DNA of 59,262 nt, taken from the IMG/VR virus record IMGVR_UViG_3300027851_000011; one strand, 5' to 3'. The stretch's first letter is position 1, and each line of letters starts with the position of its first letter. This DNA is from a virus (Duplodnaviria > Heunggongvirae > Uroviricota > Caudoviricetes). The notes below the pieces were generated by a model. The model worked only from the letters and a program-made list of their open reading frames with translations, ran no database searches and was not told the DNA's origin. Both the position numbers and the translations under genes were made by a program. Positions 46,714-55,704 of this stretch are shown piece after piece.

Positions 46714-47499
46714 ATGGCACGCTTTCACATCAACGACGGAACGCGCCCTGGCATTCGTGTCGAGCGCTTCAAGTACCAGACCACCGAGCCACGTGGGCTC
46801 GGTGGAAAGCTCGGCTCGTCTGTTCTGAACGAGGCACAGGCTCGCAAGAACGGTCTGCTCCCCGACGCGCCGGCTGCGCCGATCGACTGGATCGGCTACT
46901 GGGACTTTGAGGACCCGGATGCTGTGAACCTGATCAGCGGCGCTCCTGGCTCGTCGTTCAACGTGAGCACACCCGGCTACGGTGGATACTACACCAGCCC
47001 GCTGAACACTGACACGCCGATCCGTGGCACCCGCAGCGTCATGAACGACGGTGGCAACACCAGCTCGCGCTTCGCGTACTGGACGCCGTCGCCGTTCGGT
47101 ACGATCACGTTCGGTGCTCGCGCCCGCAACTGGTTCGGCATGGACATCGGCCCCGCCAATGCCGACGACGGCAACTACCTCGCGATCCGCTGTGCAGTTA
47201 AGACGACAGCCGACGTCATGTACGTGAAGAACGTCAACGCTGCGACGCCTGCGGTTCCTGAGCTGGCTGGCGTCGCGCACATCGCCATCGTCTACAACCC
47301 GACAACGCGTCAGGCGAAGCTCTACGTGAACGGCGCCTATCGCTCGTCGTGGTCAATGCCGCTGGTCACCCACCACACGACCATCGGATGCATGGGCTCC
47401 TACGCTGCAAACAACCAGTTCGACGACGCTTTCATTGTGAACGGCGAGCTGTCGCTTGCGCAGATTGCGCAGCTGGCGGCTGGCAACATCCCGACCTGA
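46714..47499 (+). CDS. Adhesin array gene 4: shared N-module + LamG/concanavalin-like domain, 261 aa
   Basis: MARFHINDGTRPG...SVLNEAQA; GYWDFE...HIAIVY...KLYVNG...FDDAFIVNGELSLAQI. Confidence 0.8.
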   Translation: MARFHINDGTRPGIRVERFKYQTTEPRGLGGKLGSSVLNEAQARKNGLLPDAPAAPIDWIGYWDFEDPDAVNLISGAPGSSFNVSTPGYGGYYTSPLNTDTPIRGTRSVMNDGGNTSSRFAYWTPSPFGTITFGARARNWFGMDIGPANADDGNYLAIRCAVKTTADVMYVKNVNAATPAVPELAGVAHIAIVYNPTTRQAKLYVNGAYRSSWSMPLVTHHTTIGCMGSYAANNQFDDAFIVNGELSLAQIAQLAAGNIPT

Positions 47500-47508
47500 G
47501 GTATCTAA

Positions 47509-48555
47509 ATGTCCCGATTCATCCAATCCGACGGCGCCAGCAAGGGCCACCCGCGCATGCCGTTTGCTGAGTATGGCACTACACTAGAAGGACACGTTGG
47601 TAGCCCTGTGCTCAACGAAGCCCAGCTCATTCAGCGCGGCGTCAAGACGACAGCTACGCAGGCTCCGCTCATCGGGCCGAAGCGCACGTTCACGACGGTT
47701 GCCATCGGTGATGTCCCCTACTTTGGCGACTACCCCACCATCACTGATAACGGGCAGATCCTCGTCACGGGACCAGGGTCGTCGTACCCGGTGCGTCGGT
47801 CGCTTGATGGTGGCCTGACGTGGAACGGCTGGTCCAATGCACCGCCGCGCAGCTTCGCGTCTCTCGACGGAACCAAGTGGTTTGGACACGGTAACGTAGG
47901 CTTCCCGTCTATGTCGCGGTTCGATGGCAGCGCGTGGGTGAGCGTCAACGACACGTACTACATCAGTGGCCGCATCCGTGTTTCGCTGACTGGATCACGC
48001 GTTGCGTTTCAGATCGGCAGCAATCGCATGCTGCGAATCTCTGACGATTATGGCGCCACCTTCGCCGCGCCTGTCGTCCCGTGGACCAAGGCATATGGCA
48101 ATGCACTGCCGCTCATGTCGCCGAATGGTCAGCGGTTCTTCGTGCGGACTGAGACGCCAGAAGGCGCGTACAAGTCCACTGATGGCGGCGTGACGTGGCA
48201 GGCGGTGCCGGCTGGCTACCCGTCGAGTGCCTATGCAGGGATGCTCACGGACGACGGTCTCATCGTCGTTCAGACTGGTGGTACTTCGTTCAGCAAGTCG
48301 ATGGATAACGGTGTGTCATGGACGAACTGGAGCGTTGCAACGCTCAGCGGTAATATGTTCTGTTCTGCTGACGCCAAGACGTGGATCAGCTCTGGGTCGT
48401 CAGCCGCGAGCCCGGCACGGGTCTCGATAGATTATGCAGCAACATGGGAGCCACTGACCGGCGAGTGGGGCAACTACGCTGGTATTTCACCAGATGGCAA
48501 ACGCCTCATCATCGGTGGCAGCTCGACGAACCAGACTGTACGCATCAACCTCTGA
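47509..48555 (+). CDS. Adhesin array gene 5: shared N-module + Asp-box (BNR) beta-propeller, 348 aa
   Basis: MSRFIQSDG...PVLNEAQLIQRG; SLDGGLTW, SDDYGATF, STDGGVTW, SMDNGVSW, SIDYAATW. Confidence 0.8.
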   Translation: MSRFIQSDGASKGHPRMPFAEYGTTLEGHVGSPVLNEAQLIQRGVKTTATQAPLIGPKRTFTTVAIGDVPYFGDYPTITDNGQILVTGPGSSYPVRRSLDGGLTWNGWSNAPPRSFASLDGTKWFGHGNVGFPSMSRFDGSAWVSVNDTYYISGRIRVSLTGSRVAFQIGSNRMLRISDDYGATFAAPVVPWTKAYGNALPLMSPNGQRFFVRTETPEGAYKSTDGGVTWQAVPAGYPSSAYAGMLTDDGLIVVQTGGTSFSKSMDNGVSWTNWSVATLSGNMFCSADAKTWISSGSSAASPARVSIDYAATWEPLTGEWGNYAGISPDGKRLIIGGSSTNQTVRINL

Positions 48556-48562
48556 GGTCTCT

Positions 48563-50764
48563 ATGCCACGCATCAAACAGTCAGACGGCGCCGGCAAGGG
48601 CCACGAGCGGAAGATTGTCGGCATGGAGCGTCAGATCACGGTAGACGAGGCTGGAAGCCTCGTCGTTATGACTGAGACCGAGATGATCAAGCGGCAGTAC
48701 AAGCTGGTGGCAACGACATCGGGTCCGTCGATCCCGACGTCTCCTGTGGCACGCTCGATCACGGCTGGCTCTTCGACGACGTTTGCTGTCAGTGCCACTG
48801 GAACGGCCCCGCTGTCATATCAGTGGAAGAAGAATGGTGTAAACATTCCTGGAGCTACCGCAGCGTCATATGCGCTGACCAACGCGCAACTGACAGATAA
48901 CGGAGCGCAGTTCACGTGCGTCGTATCGAACGCATTCGGATCAGCGACAAGCACGGCAGCGATGCTGACCGTGACAGCTGTTGCTCCGTCGATTACCACG
49001 CAACCAGTCAACCGCTCTGTCAGCGCCGGGAACTCGACATCGTTCTCCGTCGTCGCAGCGGGCACTGCACCGTTCTCGTACCAGTGGCGTCGGAATGGTG
49101 TCGACATCCCCGGAGCTACGTCTTCATCGTATTCGATCACGACGACGCCGAGCGACAATGGCGCTATCTTCGCCTGCACGGTGACGAACATCGCTGGCTC
49201 GGTCTCTTCGTCGAACGCCACACTCACCGTGAGCTACACGTCCATCGGTATCTCGGTGCAGCCGGCAAACCGCTCGGTCCTACAGGGTCAGAGCACGAGC
49301 TTCTCGATCACAGCTACTGGTACTGGCATCTCGTACCAGTGGAAGAAAAACGGCGTGAACGTCGGAACGAACTCGTCCACATATTCCTACACCAACGCTG
49401 CCGGTGCAGACAATGGCGCTGTCATCACGTGCGTGGTGAGCAATGCGTTTGAGAGCATCACGTCGAATGCCGTCTCGCTTACGGTCATCTACTTCTCCAC
49501 GCAGCCAGTTGCGCCGGCTACAATCACCCCGACGACGACGCCGCGTCCGTCGCTCTCTGTTGTCGTCAGCGGTGCTGGCCCGTACACGTATCAGTGGTAT
49601 GTCAGCGGGAGCCCGATCCCTGGTGCTACAGCATCGACGCTTCCGCTGGATGACACGGCCAACTACACGCCGAAGAACGGCGACAGCCTCTACTGTGTCG
49701 CAACGTCGACAGCTCCTGCTGGATCTATCACGTCCAATACCGTCGTTCTGTCGATGTCTGGCTTCCTCGACCGTACTGACATCTCGGTGACCGGCTGGTC
49801 ATCGTCTGCTGTCTACGCTGTTGGCGTCAACCCGAGCAGTGGTGCAAACATCACCATCGCGAACTACTACGCTGGTACAGAAAAGACCAAGCAGTCAAGC
49901 AACAGCGGTCTGACATGGGGCGCTGATCTCGGCACACTGTCAAACCGCAACATGGCACGGTACGCCAACGGATACCCGATCGTCGGGTACATCGGAAAGT
50001 TCAGCGATTGGTGGAATGGCTCGGCATGGGCAGCTATTTCTGGAGTGGCCTCCGCGATCCGCAATGAGTTCGCCCTCAGCGGAAACGTTTGGTTCTCGGT
50101 TCGCAACGTCGCATCTGGGCAGGCTTGCATCTTCAAACACGTCGGGTTCGCTGATGCCGGCACAGCGATTGGATTCACTGGCGACTATCCACCGAATCCG
50201 ACGTTCTGGTTCGCCAACGATTCGTACTACGCGCCGTTGATTTACGCCTTCAAGTCATCGTATAACGGCAACGCGCTGGTGTTCTCGTCACCGACTGGAA
50301 GCGATCGCTTGCGCACGTGGGTCAACGGCGTTCTCGCTGAGAACACAGACAACAGCTACGCTCGTCCGAACGACGCGCTCGTCAGCAACGACGGATCGAA
50401 GATCGTGTTTGTCTGTGCCAATGAAGGTCTGCCACGCTACATTCACGGCGGTATCGCCAATGCGTCGCAGCTCGGGACGCTGCCGGTTGGTGTCTCGTAC
50501 ATCTGGCCTCTGCTTGCCTCTCGCGGAGACATGGCCGCGATCTATGCCCTAGCTCGGTACGACCCGATAGCGACCAGCTACCCACAGGTTGCACTGCTCA
50601 AGAGCACAGACTACGGCGTCACTTGGACGCGCATCAGCGCGAAGACACAGCTTCAGTGCCAGCAGCTCTCGAACCTTGGGTTCATCATGGCTCAGGACAT
50701 CGAACGGGCATACATCGCGTACTACTACGGCTCGACAGGCAAAGTCGCCTGCCGTATCGGTTAA
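48563..50764 (+). CDS. Adhesin array gene 6: divergent N-module + four Ig-like domains + beta-propeller, 733 aa
   Basis: MPRIKQSDGAGKGH...; four YQW..(N/S)G...C.(V/A) Ig repeats; Asp-boxes SSNSGLTW and STDYGVTW. Confidence 0.8.
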   Translation: MPRIKQSDGAGKGHERKIVGMERQITVDEAGSLVVMTETEMIKRQYKLVATTSGPSIPTSPVARSITAGSSTTFAVSATGTAPLSYQWKKNGVNIPGATAASYALTNAQLTDNGAQFTCVVSNAFGSATSTAAMLTVTAVAPSITTQPVNRSVSAGNSTSFSVVAAGTAPFSYQWRRNGVDIPGATSSSYSITTTPSDNGAIFACTVTNIAGSVSSSNATLTVSYTSIGISVQPANRSVLQGQSTSFSITATGTGISYQWKKNGVNVGTNSSTYSYTNAAGADNGAVITCVVSNAFESITSNAVSLTVIYFSTQPVAPATITPTTTPRPSLSVVVSGAGPYTYQWYVSGSPIPGATASTLPLDDTANYTPKNGDSLYCVATSTAPAGSITSNTVVLSMSGFLDRTDISVTGWSSSAVYAVGVNPSSGANITIANYYAGTEKTKQSSNSGLTWGADLGTLSNRNMARYANGYPIVGYIGKFSDWWNGSAWAAISGVASAIRNEFALSGNVWFSVRNVASGQACIFKHVGFADAGTAIGFTGDYPPNPTFWFANDSYYAPLIYAFKSSYNGNALVFSSPTGSDRLRTWVNGVLAENTDNSYARPNDALVSNDGSKIVFVCANEGLPRYIHGGIANASQLGTLPVGVSYIWPLLASRGDMAAIYALARYDPIATSYPQVALLKSTDYGVTWTRISAKTQLQCQQLSNLGFIMAQDIERAYIAYYYGSTGKVACRIG

Positions 50765-50770
50765 CGAACC

Positions 50771-50798
50771 TTGCTGATGCCCCGTAAACCCAGAGGAT
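50771..50798 (+). promoter_or_regulatory. Putative promoter, leaderless-type spacing
   Basis: TTGCTG-16 nt-GAGGAT-6 nt-ATG 50805. GAGG could instead simply be an RBS. Confidence 0.3.
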
Positions 50799-50804
50799 AG
50801 TCCC

Positions 50805-51203
50805 ATGGCCTACCGGCAGCTCCAATCTGGCTCGTTTTCCTCACGTTCGGGCGCCAAGGTGACCCAGAGCAAGGTCAACGGCCCGCCGGCCGAGCTGGCA
50901 GCGCTTGATCAGGCCAAGGCCGTCCGCATCGGGCAGCTGTGGGCCTCGGCCGACGCCTTTGAGCGCCGGTTCTTCTCGGCCGGCGCCCACGCCCAGATCC
51001 TCGAAGCCAAGATGGCTGGCAACAAGAAGGCCATCCGGCTCCGTCAGTGGATTCAGGGCCTGTGGCGGGACTACTACTACCGCAAAGACATGATCATCGG
51101 GAAGCAGTCAGTGGCTGAGGTGCACAATGTCGACATCACGTTCGATGGTCGCGGTGCACCCCCGCATTCGATTCGTGAGATCCTCGAAGAGAGCCCGGCG
51201 TAG
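50805..51203 (+). CDS. Tail fibre assembly/chaperone-like protein, 132 aa (paralog of 54052..54546)
   Basis: Shared LW.SA......FFS.GA.AQILE.K..G...WI..LW.DYY.RK.M...G.PP motif. Confidence 0.6.
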   Translation: MAYRQLQSGSFSSRSGAKVTQSKVNGPPAELAALDQAKAVRIGQLWASADAFERRFFSAGAHAQILEAKMAGNKKAIRLRQWIQGLWRDYYYRKDMIIGKQSVAEVHNVDITFDGRGAPPHSIREILEESPA

Positions 51204-51205
51204 CC

Positions 51206-51853
51206 ATGCCTGACTTCGTCATCGACCGTGCACTCGTCGTCAACGACGAGCCCAACGACGGCACCAAGCAGCTTGGTGCTGGCGAGGAAGCACTCGATGG
51301 CGACAGCAATGCTGTCATCACCGTCGTTCGCTCGACGCTGGCTCCGACAGCTGCAAACATCCGGCCAGACGGACAGCTGTGGCTGCGTACGACGACAAAG
51401 CAGATGTGGTGGTCTCGCGGTGACGGCCTGTGGTATGAGATTCGCAACACGGCCTCGATCCCTGTTCATGAAGCAACGCACCGGGCCGGTGGCGTCGACG
51501 CGCTTCCATGGACGACGATCAACGGTCGTGGCCTGCTCTCAGCACGCCCGGCTGCCGACGCGTCGAACGCTGGCTACCTCTACGACGCGACGGACGTCAA
51601 GCGGCTCTACCGCAGCACGGGCATCGTGTGGGAGGTCATCGCCGGAACCGATCTCGCCACCGAATACACGCACACGCAGGGCGTGCCAGCCACGTCGTGG
51701 GTCATCGACCATAACCTCGGTCGCTTTCCAAAGTGCGTGTCGATTCGAGACAGTGCGAACAGCGTCGTGCACGGCGGCATCAACCACATCACCATCAACC
51801 AGCTCGTTCTGACTTTCGGCCACGCCTTCTCGGGCTCGGCTGTCGTTGGATAA
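51206..51853 (+). CDS. Fibre-associated structural protein, 215 aa
   Basis: HEATHRAGGVD; G.LSARPA; YTHTQ..PA..W.I.HNLG..P C-terminal module. Confidence 0.65.
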   Translation: MPDFVIDRALVVNDEPNDGTKQLGAGEEALDGDSNAVITVVRSTLAPTAANIRPDGQLWLRTTTKQMWWSRGDGLWYEIRNTASIPVHEATHRAGGVDALPWTTINGRGLLSARPAADASNAGYLYDATDVKRLYRSTGIVWEVIAGTDLATEYTHTQGVPATSWVIDHNLGRFPKCVSIRDSANSVVHGGINHITINQLVLTFGHAFSGSAVVG

Positions 51854-51862
51854 GGAAATACC

Positions 51863-53131
51863 ATGTCCATTCCCTTCCATGACAACATCGAGTTCAACGC
51901 CCTTGAAGCTCTGAACTTCAAGTGGCAGCTGCTCTCGGCTGACCCGAGCGGCAGCCAGGGCATGAGCTACTTCAACACGGCGGATCTGCACCCGCGTCTG
52001 CACGACGGGAACGCCTACCGCGTGCTTGGCTTCGCGACCACGCTGACCCCGACCGCGCTAACCGTGTCCGGCGCCGCCGCTGTCGGCACTGGCCTTGACT
52101 ACGCGCGTGCTGACCATGCACACGCGATGCCCGGCCTCGCGACTGCTGTCGCCGCCGGCTTCATGCCGTCGACCGACAAGGCCAAGCTCGACGCGGCTAC
52201 TGCGAGCCCGACGCCGAGCACGCTGATGTTCCGCGACGCTGCTGGCCGCGCCCAGGCCGCCGATCCTGCCAGCGCACAGGACGTCACCACGATGGCGTGG
52301 GTTCTGGCCCAGATCCGTGTCCAGGTCAGCAAGGCGTCGGTCCAGTGCCGCACAACTGCGAACATCAACCTCGCTGCGCCCGGCGCCACGCACGACGGCA
52401 TCACGCTGAACGTCGGCGATCGCTTCCTCGTCCCGGCACAGACGGCGCCGGCTGAGAACGGCGTCTACATCTTCAACGGCGCGGCCTCGCCGGCTACGCG
52501 TGCTCTGGACGCTGACGCCTGGAACGAGCTGGTCAGCGCCTATGTCATCGTCGAACAGGGCACGACCTACGCCGACACCGCGTGGCTGTGCACCGCCGAC
52601 GACGGCGGCACGCTCGGCACCACGGCGCTGAACTGGATCCAGCAGGGCAACGCGATCAGCTACAGCGCGGCCAACGACCCGACGGTCACCGGCATCGGCG
52701 TCTTCAACACCACGGTCGGAACTCAGTTCCGCTTCCGCGCCATCAAGGCCGGCAGCACCAAGCTGAGCGCGACGCTGACCGGCCAGGACATCGTGCTCGA
52801 CGTCGTCGAGGCGAACCTGAACCTCGCCAACCTCGGTGGCACGCTGCCGATCATCAAGGGCGGCACCGGGGCAACGACCGCGCCCGCTGCCCGCACCGCG
52901 CTCGGGGCCGCTGGTCGCTACGAGACCACCATCGGCAACGGCGCGTCGACGAGCTTCAACGTCGTCCACAGCCTCGGCAACGAGCGCTGCAACGTCGAGG
53001 TCTGGGAGGCTGCTGGCCTGAAGCGCAAGGTGATGCCGCGCGTGCAGACCGTCGACGCAAATACGGTCCTGGTCACCTTCTTGACCGGCGCCCCTGCCAC
53101 CAACAGCTACGTTGTCGTGGTGGTCGGATGA
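51863..53131 (+). CDS. Tail fibre-like protein, 422 aa
   Basis: AAGGA RBS; ARADHAH, GFMPSTDKAKLD, TTANINL...GDRFLV..QT...ENGVY, LPIIKGGTGATTA..AR.ALG. Confidence 0.8.
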   Translation: MSIPFHDNIEFNALEALNFKWQLLSADPSGSQGMSYFNTADLHPRLHDGNAYRVLGFATTLTPTALTVSGAAAVGTGLDYARADHAHAMPGLATAVAAGFMPSTDKAKLDAATASPTPSTLMFRDAAGRAQAADPASAQDVTTMAWVLAQIRVQVSKASVQCRTTANINLAAPGATHDGITLNVGDRFLVPAQTAPAENGVYIFNGAASPATRALDADAWNELVSAYVIVEQGTTYADTAWLCTADDGGTLGTTALNWIQQGNAISYSAANDPTVTGIGVFNTTVGTQFRFRAIKAGSTKLSATLTGQDIVLDVVEANLNLANLGGTLPIIKGGTGATTAPAARTALGAAGRYETTIGNGASTSFNVVHSLGNERCNVEVWEAAGLKRKVMPRVQTVDANTVLVTFLTGAPATNSYVVVVVG

Positions 53132-53217
53132 TTCCCACGCTCATCGTCATCAGCGCGCTGGTCATCGGCTTCGTCGGTGGCGTCGTCTTCATGAGCTTCT
53201 TCCGGGGCCTCAAGTAA
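53128..53217 (+). CDS. 29-aa single-pass membrane peptide
   Basis: MIPTLIVISALVIGFVGGVVFMSFFRGLK; ATGA overlap at its start and TAATG overlap at its end. Confidence 0.55.
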   Translation: MIPTLIVISALVIGFVGGVVFMSFFRGLK

Positions 53218-54050
53218 TGATCTGCCACGCCGGCATCGTCATCGTACCGCTCCCGACCGTCGGTCCTCCTACGACTGGCACGTGGGATCGCGGCACGTTG
53301 ATCATCGACGCGAACGGCGACGTCTATAAGTGCAACGTGGCTGGTACGCCGGGCACGTGGTCAGCGCTGATTACCTCGATCCCGCCGCCGGATCTCGTGT
53401 CGAGCTTCCCCGAGTTCATTGACACGTTCCCGAACGGTCTCCAGGCCGGCGCCGGCTGGACCATCGCAGCGCTCAGCGGCACCTATGCGCAGATCGCGCC
53501 GCCGGCCGGCAAGGGCGGCCGGAACGGCGTCGTCGGCGTCATCGGCATCACGACTGGAACCTCGACGACTGGCCGCGTCGGTGCGATCCTTGGATCGAAC
53601 CTGCTGCGATTCACCGGCGGTCAGAAGTACACGCTGTGGGCACGGTTTCTCGCGACTGATCTTGCAGACGCGACCAACGACTACCGCTGGCGCCTGGGCT
53701 TCATCGACAACAACACAGCCACGGAGCCGACTGACGGCGTCTACTTCGAATACAACCGCAGTGCATCGCCGAACTGGCAGGCCAAGACAGCGAGCAACAA
53801 CGCGCGCACGATCGTCACGACGACGACCGTTGTGCAGAACGCCAACTGGATCGACCTGAAGATTGAAGTCGATGGCTCGGCACAGATCGCGACGTTCTAC
53901 ATCGACGACGTCCAGGTCGCGCAGATCAACACGAACATCCCGACGTCCGCTGGTCGTGAGACCTCGCTCGGCTTCGTGATCCACAAGACTGCCGGCGGCA
54001 CGTCGCGTGGCGTGGCCCTCGATCGCATCTACCTCAAGCTGGCAGCCTGA
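53217..54050 (+). CDS. Fibre tip/lectin-like (beta-sandwich) protein, 277 aa
   Basis: Start ATG 53217; PTTGTWDRG....D..G....C.VAGTPGTW, then a concanavalin-like pattern (W..L.I.......FYID). Confidence 0.65.
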   Translation: MICHAGIVIVPLPTVGPPTTGTWDRGTLIIDANGDVYKCNVAGTPGTWSALITSIPPPDLVSSFPEFIDTFPNGLQAGAGWTIAALSGTYAQIAPPAGKGGRNGVVGVIGITTGTSTTGRVGAILGSNLLRFTGGQKYTLWARFLATDLADATNDYRWRLGFIDNNTATEPTDGVYFEYNRSASPNWQAKTASNNARTIVTTTTVVQNANWIDLKIEVDGSAQIATFYIDDVQVAQINTNIPTSAGRETSLGFVIHKTAGGTSRGVALDRIYLKLAA

Positions 54051-54051
54051 T

Positions 54052-54546
54052 ATGAAACTTGCTGTTCTGCTCTACGGTGACACGGAGAACCCGAAGAACA
54101 TCCCTATTCTCTGGCCAGCCGAAGCGCGGCAGGTCAGTGACGATGAGCACGTCGCGTATCCGTGGCTCAGCATGACGCCGGAGCAATACAAGCAGTACTG
54201 TGAAGAACATCAAGCCGAGTACGATGCATGGGAGTACCAGGACGATCTCGCTAAGCTGAAGGGTGCAAAGATCGAGCTGCTCTGGCAATCAGCATACGAT
54301 TACAACTTCCAGTTCTTCTCCGGTGGCGCCTATGCACAGATTCTGGAGATGAAGCTCGGCGGCGTGCAGCGTGCTATCCAGACGCAGGGCTGGATCTTCG
54401 CGCTGTGGACAGACTACTACACGCGCAAGTACATGGTCGGCGCCGCGATGACGACCGAGGCTGTCGAGGCCGTTAGCCTCGACTTCAGCAACAACGGCAA
54501 CCCGCCGTGGACTGTGCCCGAGATGCTGGCTGAGGCTATGGGGTAG
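54052..54546 (+). CDS. Tail fibre assembly/chaperone-like protein, 164 aa
   Basis: Start ATG 54052; follows fibre genes; paralog of 50805..51203. Confidence 0.6.
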   Translation: MKLAVLLYGDTENPKNIPILWPAEARQVSDDEHVAYPWLSMTPEQYKQYCEEHQAEYDAWEYQDDLAKLKGAKIELLWQSAYDYNFQFFSGGAYAQILEMKLGGVQRAIQTQGWIFALWTDYYTRKYMVGAAMTTEAVEAVSLDFSNNGNPPWTVPEMLAEAMG

Positions 54547-54548
54547 GT

Positions 54549-54917
54549 ATGACGCTTCACGCGACACGGAAAGCCATTGCGATCGCGCTCAATGGCACAA
54601 TACCTGAAGAGGCGCTACTCCGCTCTGCAAAAGGTGAACTCGATCAGGCCGACGTTTCGGTCAGCGTCGTCGAGCCCGTCGTCCCTGAGAACCGCGTCTC
54701 GACAGAAGAAGCCCTGAAGTCGCTGAAGACGCTCTTCATCCTGCTCGAAGATTCGATGATCGCCATGCGTCGCCGGTCTGGGAAGGACTTGCTCATCGCG
54801 AGTGAAGTCGCCGACGCCTTCATCGAAGCTCGACAGATTCTCCAGCGTGGCGGCTGCGAACTGGTGGCAAACAGGAAAGCTGAACGTCTCTCCTTCTCAC
54901 GTCCAACAGGTGCCTGA
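54549..54917 (+). CDS. Hypothetical protein, 122 aa
   Basis: Tiles the operon; TGATG coupling to the next gene. Confidence 0.6.
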   Translation: MTLHATRKAIAIALNGTIPEEALLRSAKGELDQADVSVSVVEPVVPENRVSTEEALKSLKTLFILLEDSMIAMRRRSGKDLLIASEVADAFIEARQILQRGGCELVANRKAERLSFSRPTGA

Positions 54918-55333
54918 TGTCTCCAAAACTACGTTTCGAAGCAGCAGCAAACTCGCCACTGATCTGGCAGCTCGGCGTGAATGCAGCCATGAAGAAGTTC
55001 GGCCTGCGCAACGATCAGGTGCACGAGGCGCGGCAGCAGTTCATGCTCAACCACGGCGCGCGGGCCACAGTCAACGCCCAGCAGACCCAGAAGCTGAAAC
55101 GGCTGCGTAGCAAAGTCATCAACGCCGAAGTTCGGTATCCTGGTCTGTCATCTCGACTCACTACCGAGTCACTTCAGGCCATCGGATCCGATTTCAACAT
55201 TTCCCGTCAGCGAGTCCATGCACTGCTTGGAAACCTGCGCGAACTGGCGAAACTCACAGGAAAGACCGTCACCGCCACGGTGTCGTCCATTCGATCTGAA
55301 GCTGTGAGGGCAACATGCATCCACTCGTCCTGA
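54917..55333 (+). CDS. Sigma70 region-4-like HTH protein, 138 aa
   Basis: SLQAIGSDFNISRQRVHALL. Confidence 0.6.
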   Translation: MSPKLRFEAAANSPLIWQLGVNAAMKKFGLRNDQVHEARQQFMLNHGARATVNAQQTQKLKRLRSKVINAEVRYPGLSSRLTTESLQAIGSDFNISRQRVHALLGNLRELAKLTGKTVTATVSSIRSEAVRATCIHSS

Positions 55334-55704
55334 CCAGCCTGATCATTGGCGGCTTCAACATCCTGCTGGCCGGCTTCGGCATCTACTACCTTGCCCGCCT
55401 GTATCTCGGGGCACGCAACAAGCGCTGCCCGCGCGATTCAGCCCTGCACCAGTGGTCCGTGATGCTGTGCTTCGCCTTCGTCGGATACATCCTGAACGAA
55501 GCGCGCTGGATCTGGCTGATGACCCTCGATCATGCATCGGCGCATGCCGTTGACGAGGTCACGTGGGTGGCCTTGGAGACCTGTTGGCTTGCAGGTACTG
55601 CGCTCTTGGCGCGGTCCATCGTTTTGAGAGAATGCGACCTCCCGCGCTGCGGGCACCACAACCACGTGCCCGATGAGCAGGCACGCGAGACCCCGAGGAC
55701 CTAA
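55315..55704 (+). CDS. Membrane protein with three TM segments, 129 aa
   Basis: Three hydrophobic stretches; GAGG RBS; TAATG coupling. Confidence 0.6.
   Translation: MHPLVLTSLIIGGFNILLAGFGIYYLARLYLGARNKRCPRDSALHQWSVMLCFAFVGYILNEARWIWLMTLDHASAHAVDEVTWVALETCWLAGTALLARSIVLRECDLPRCGHHNHVPDEQARETPRT

Noticed and set aside
43866-50764. Diversity-generating retroelement or invertible shufflon behind the adhesin array
   Set aside because: No reverse transcriptase, template/variable repeat pair or invertase is seen. All six genes are co-oriented and each has its own start.
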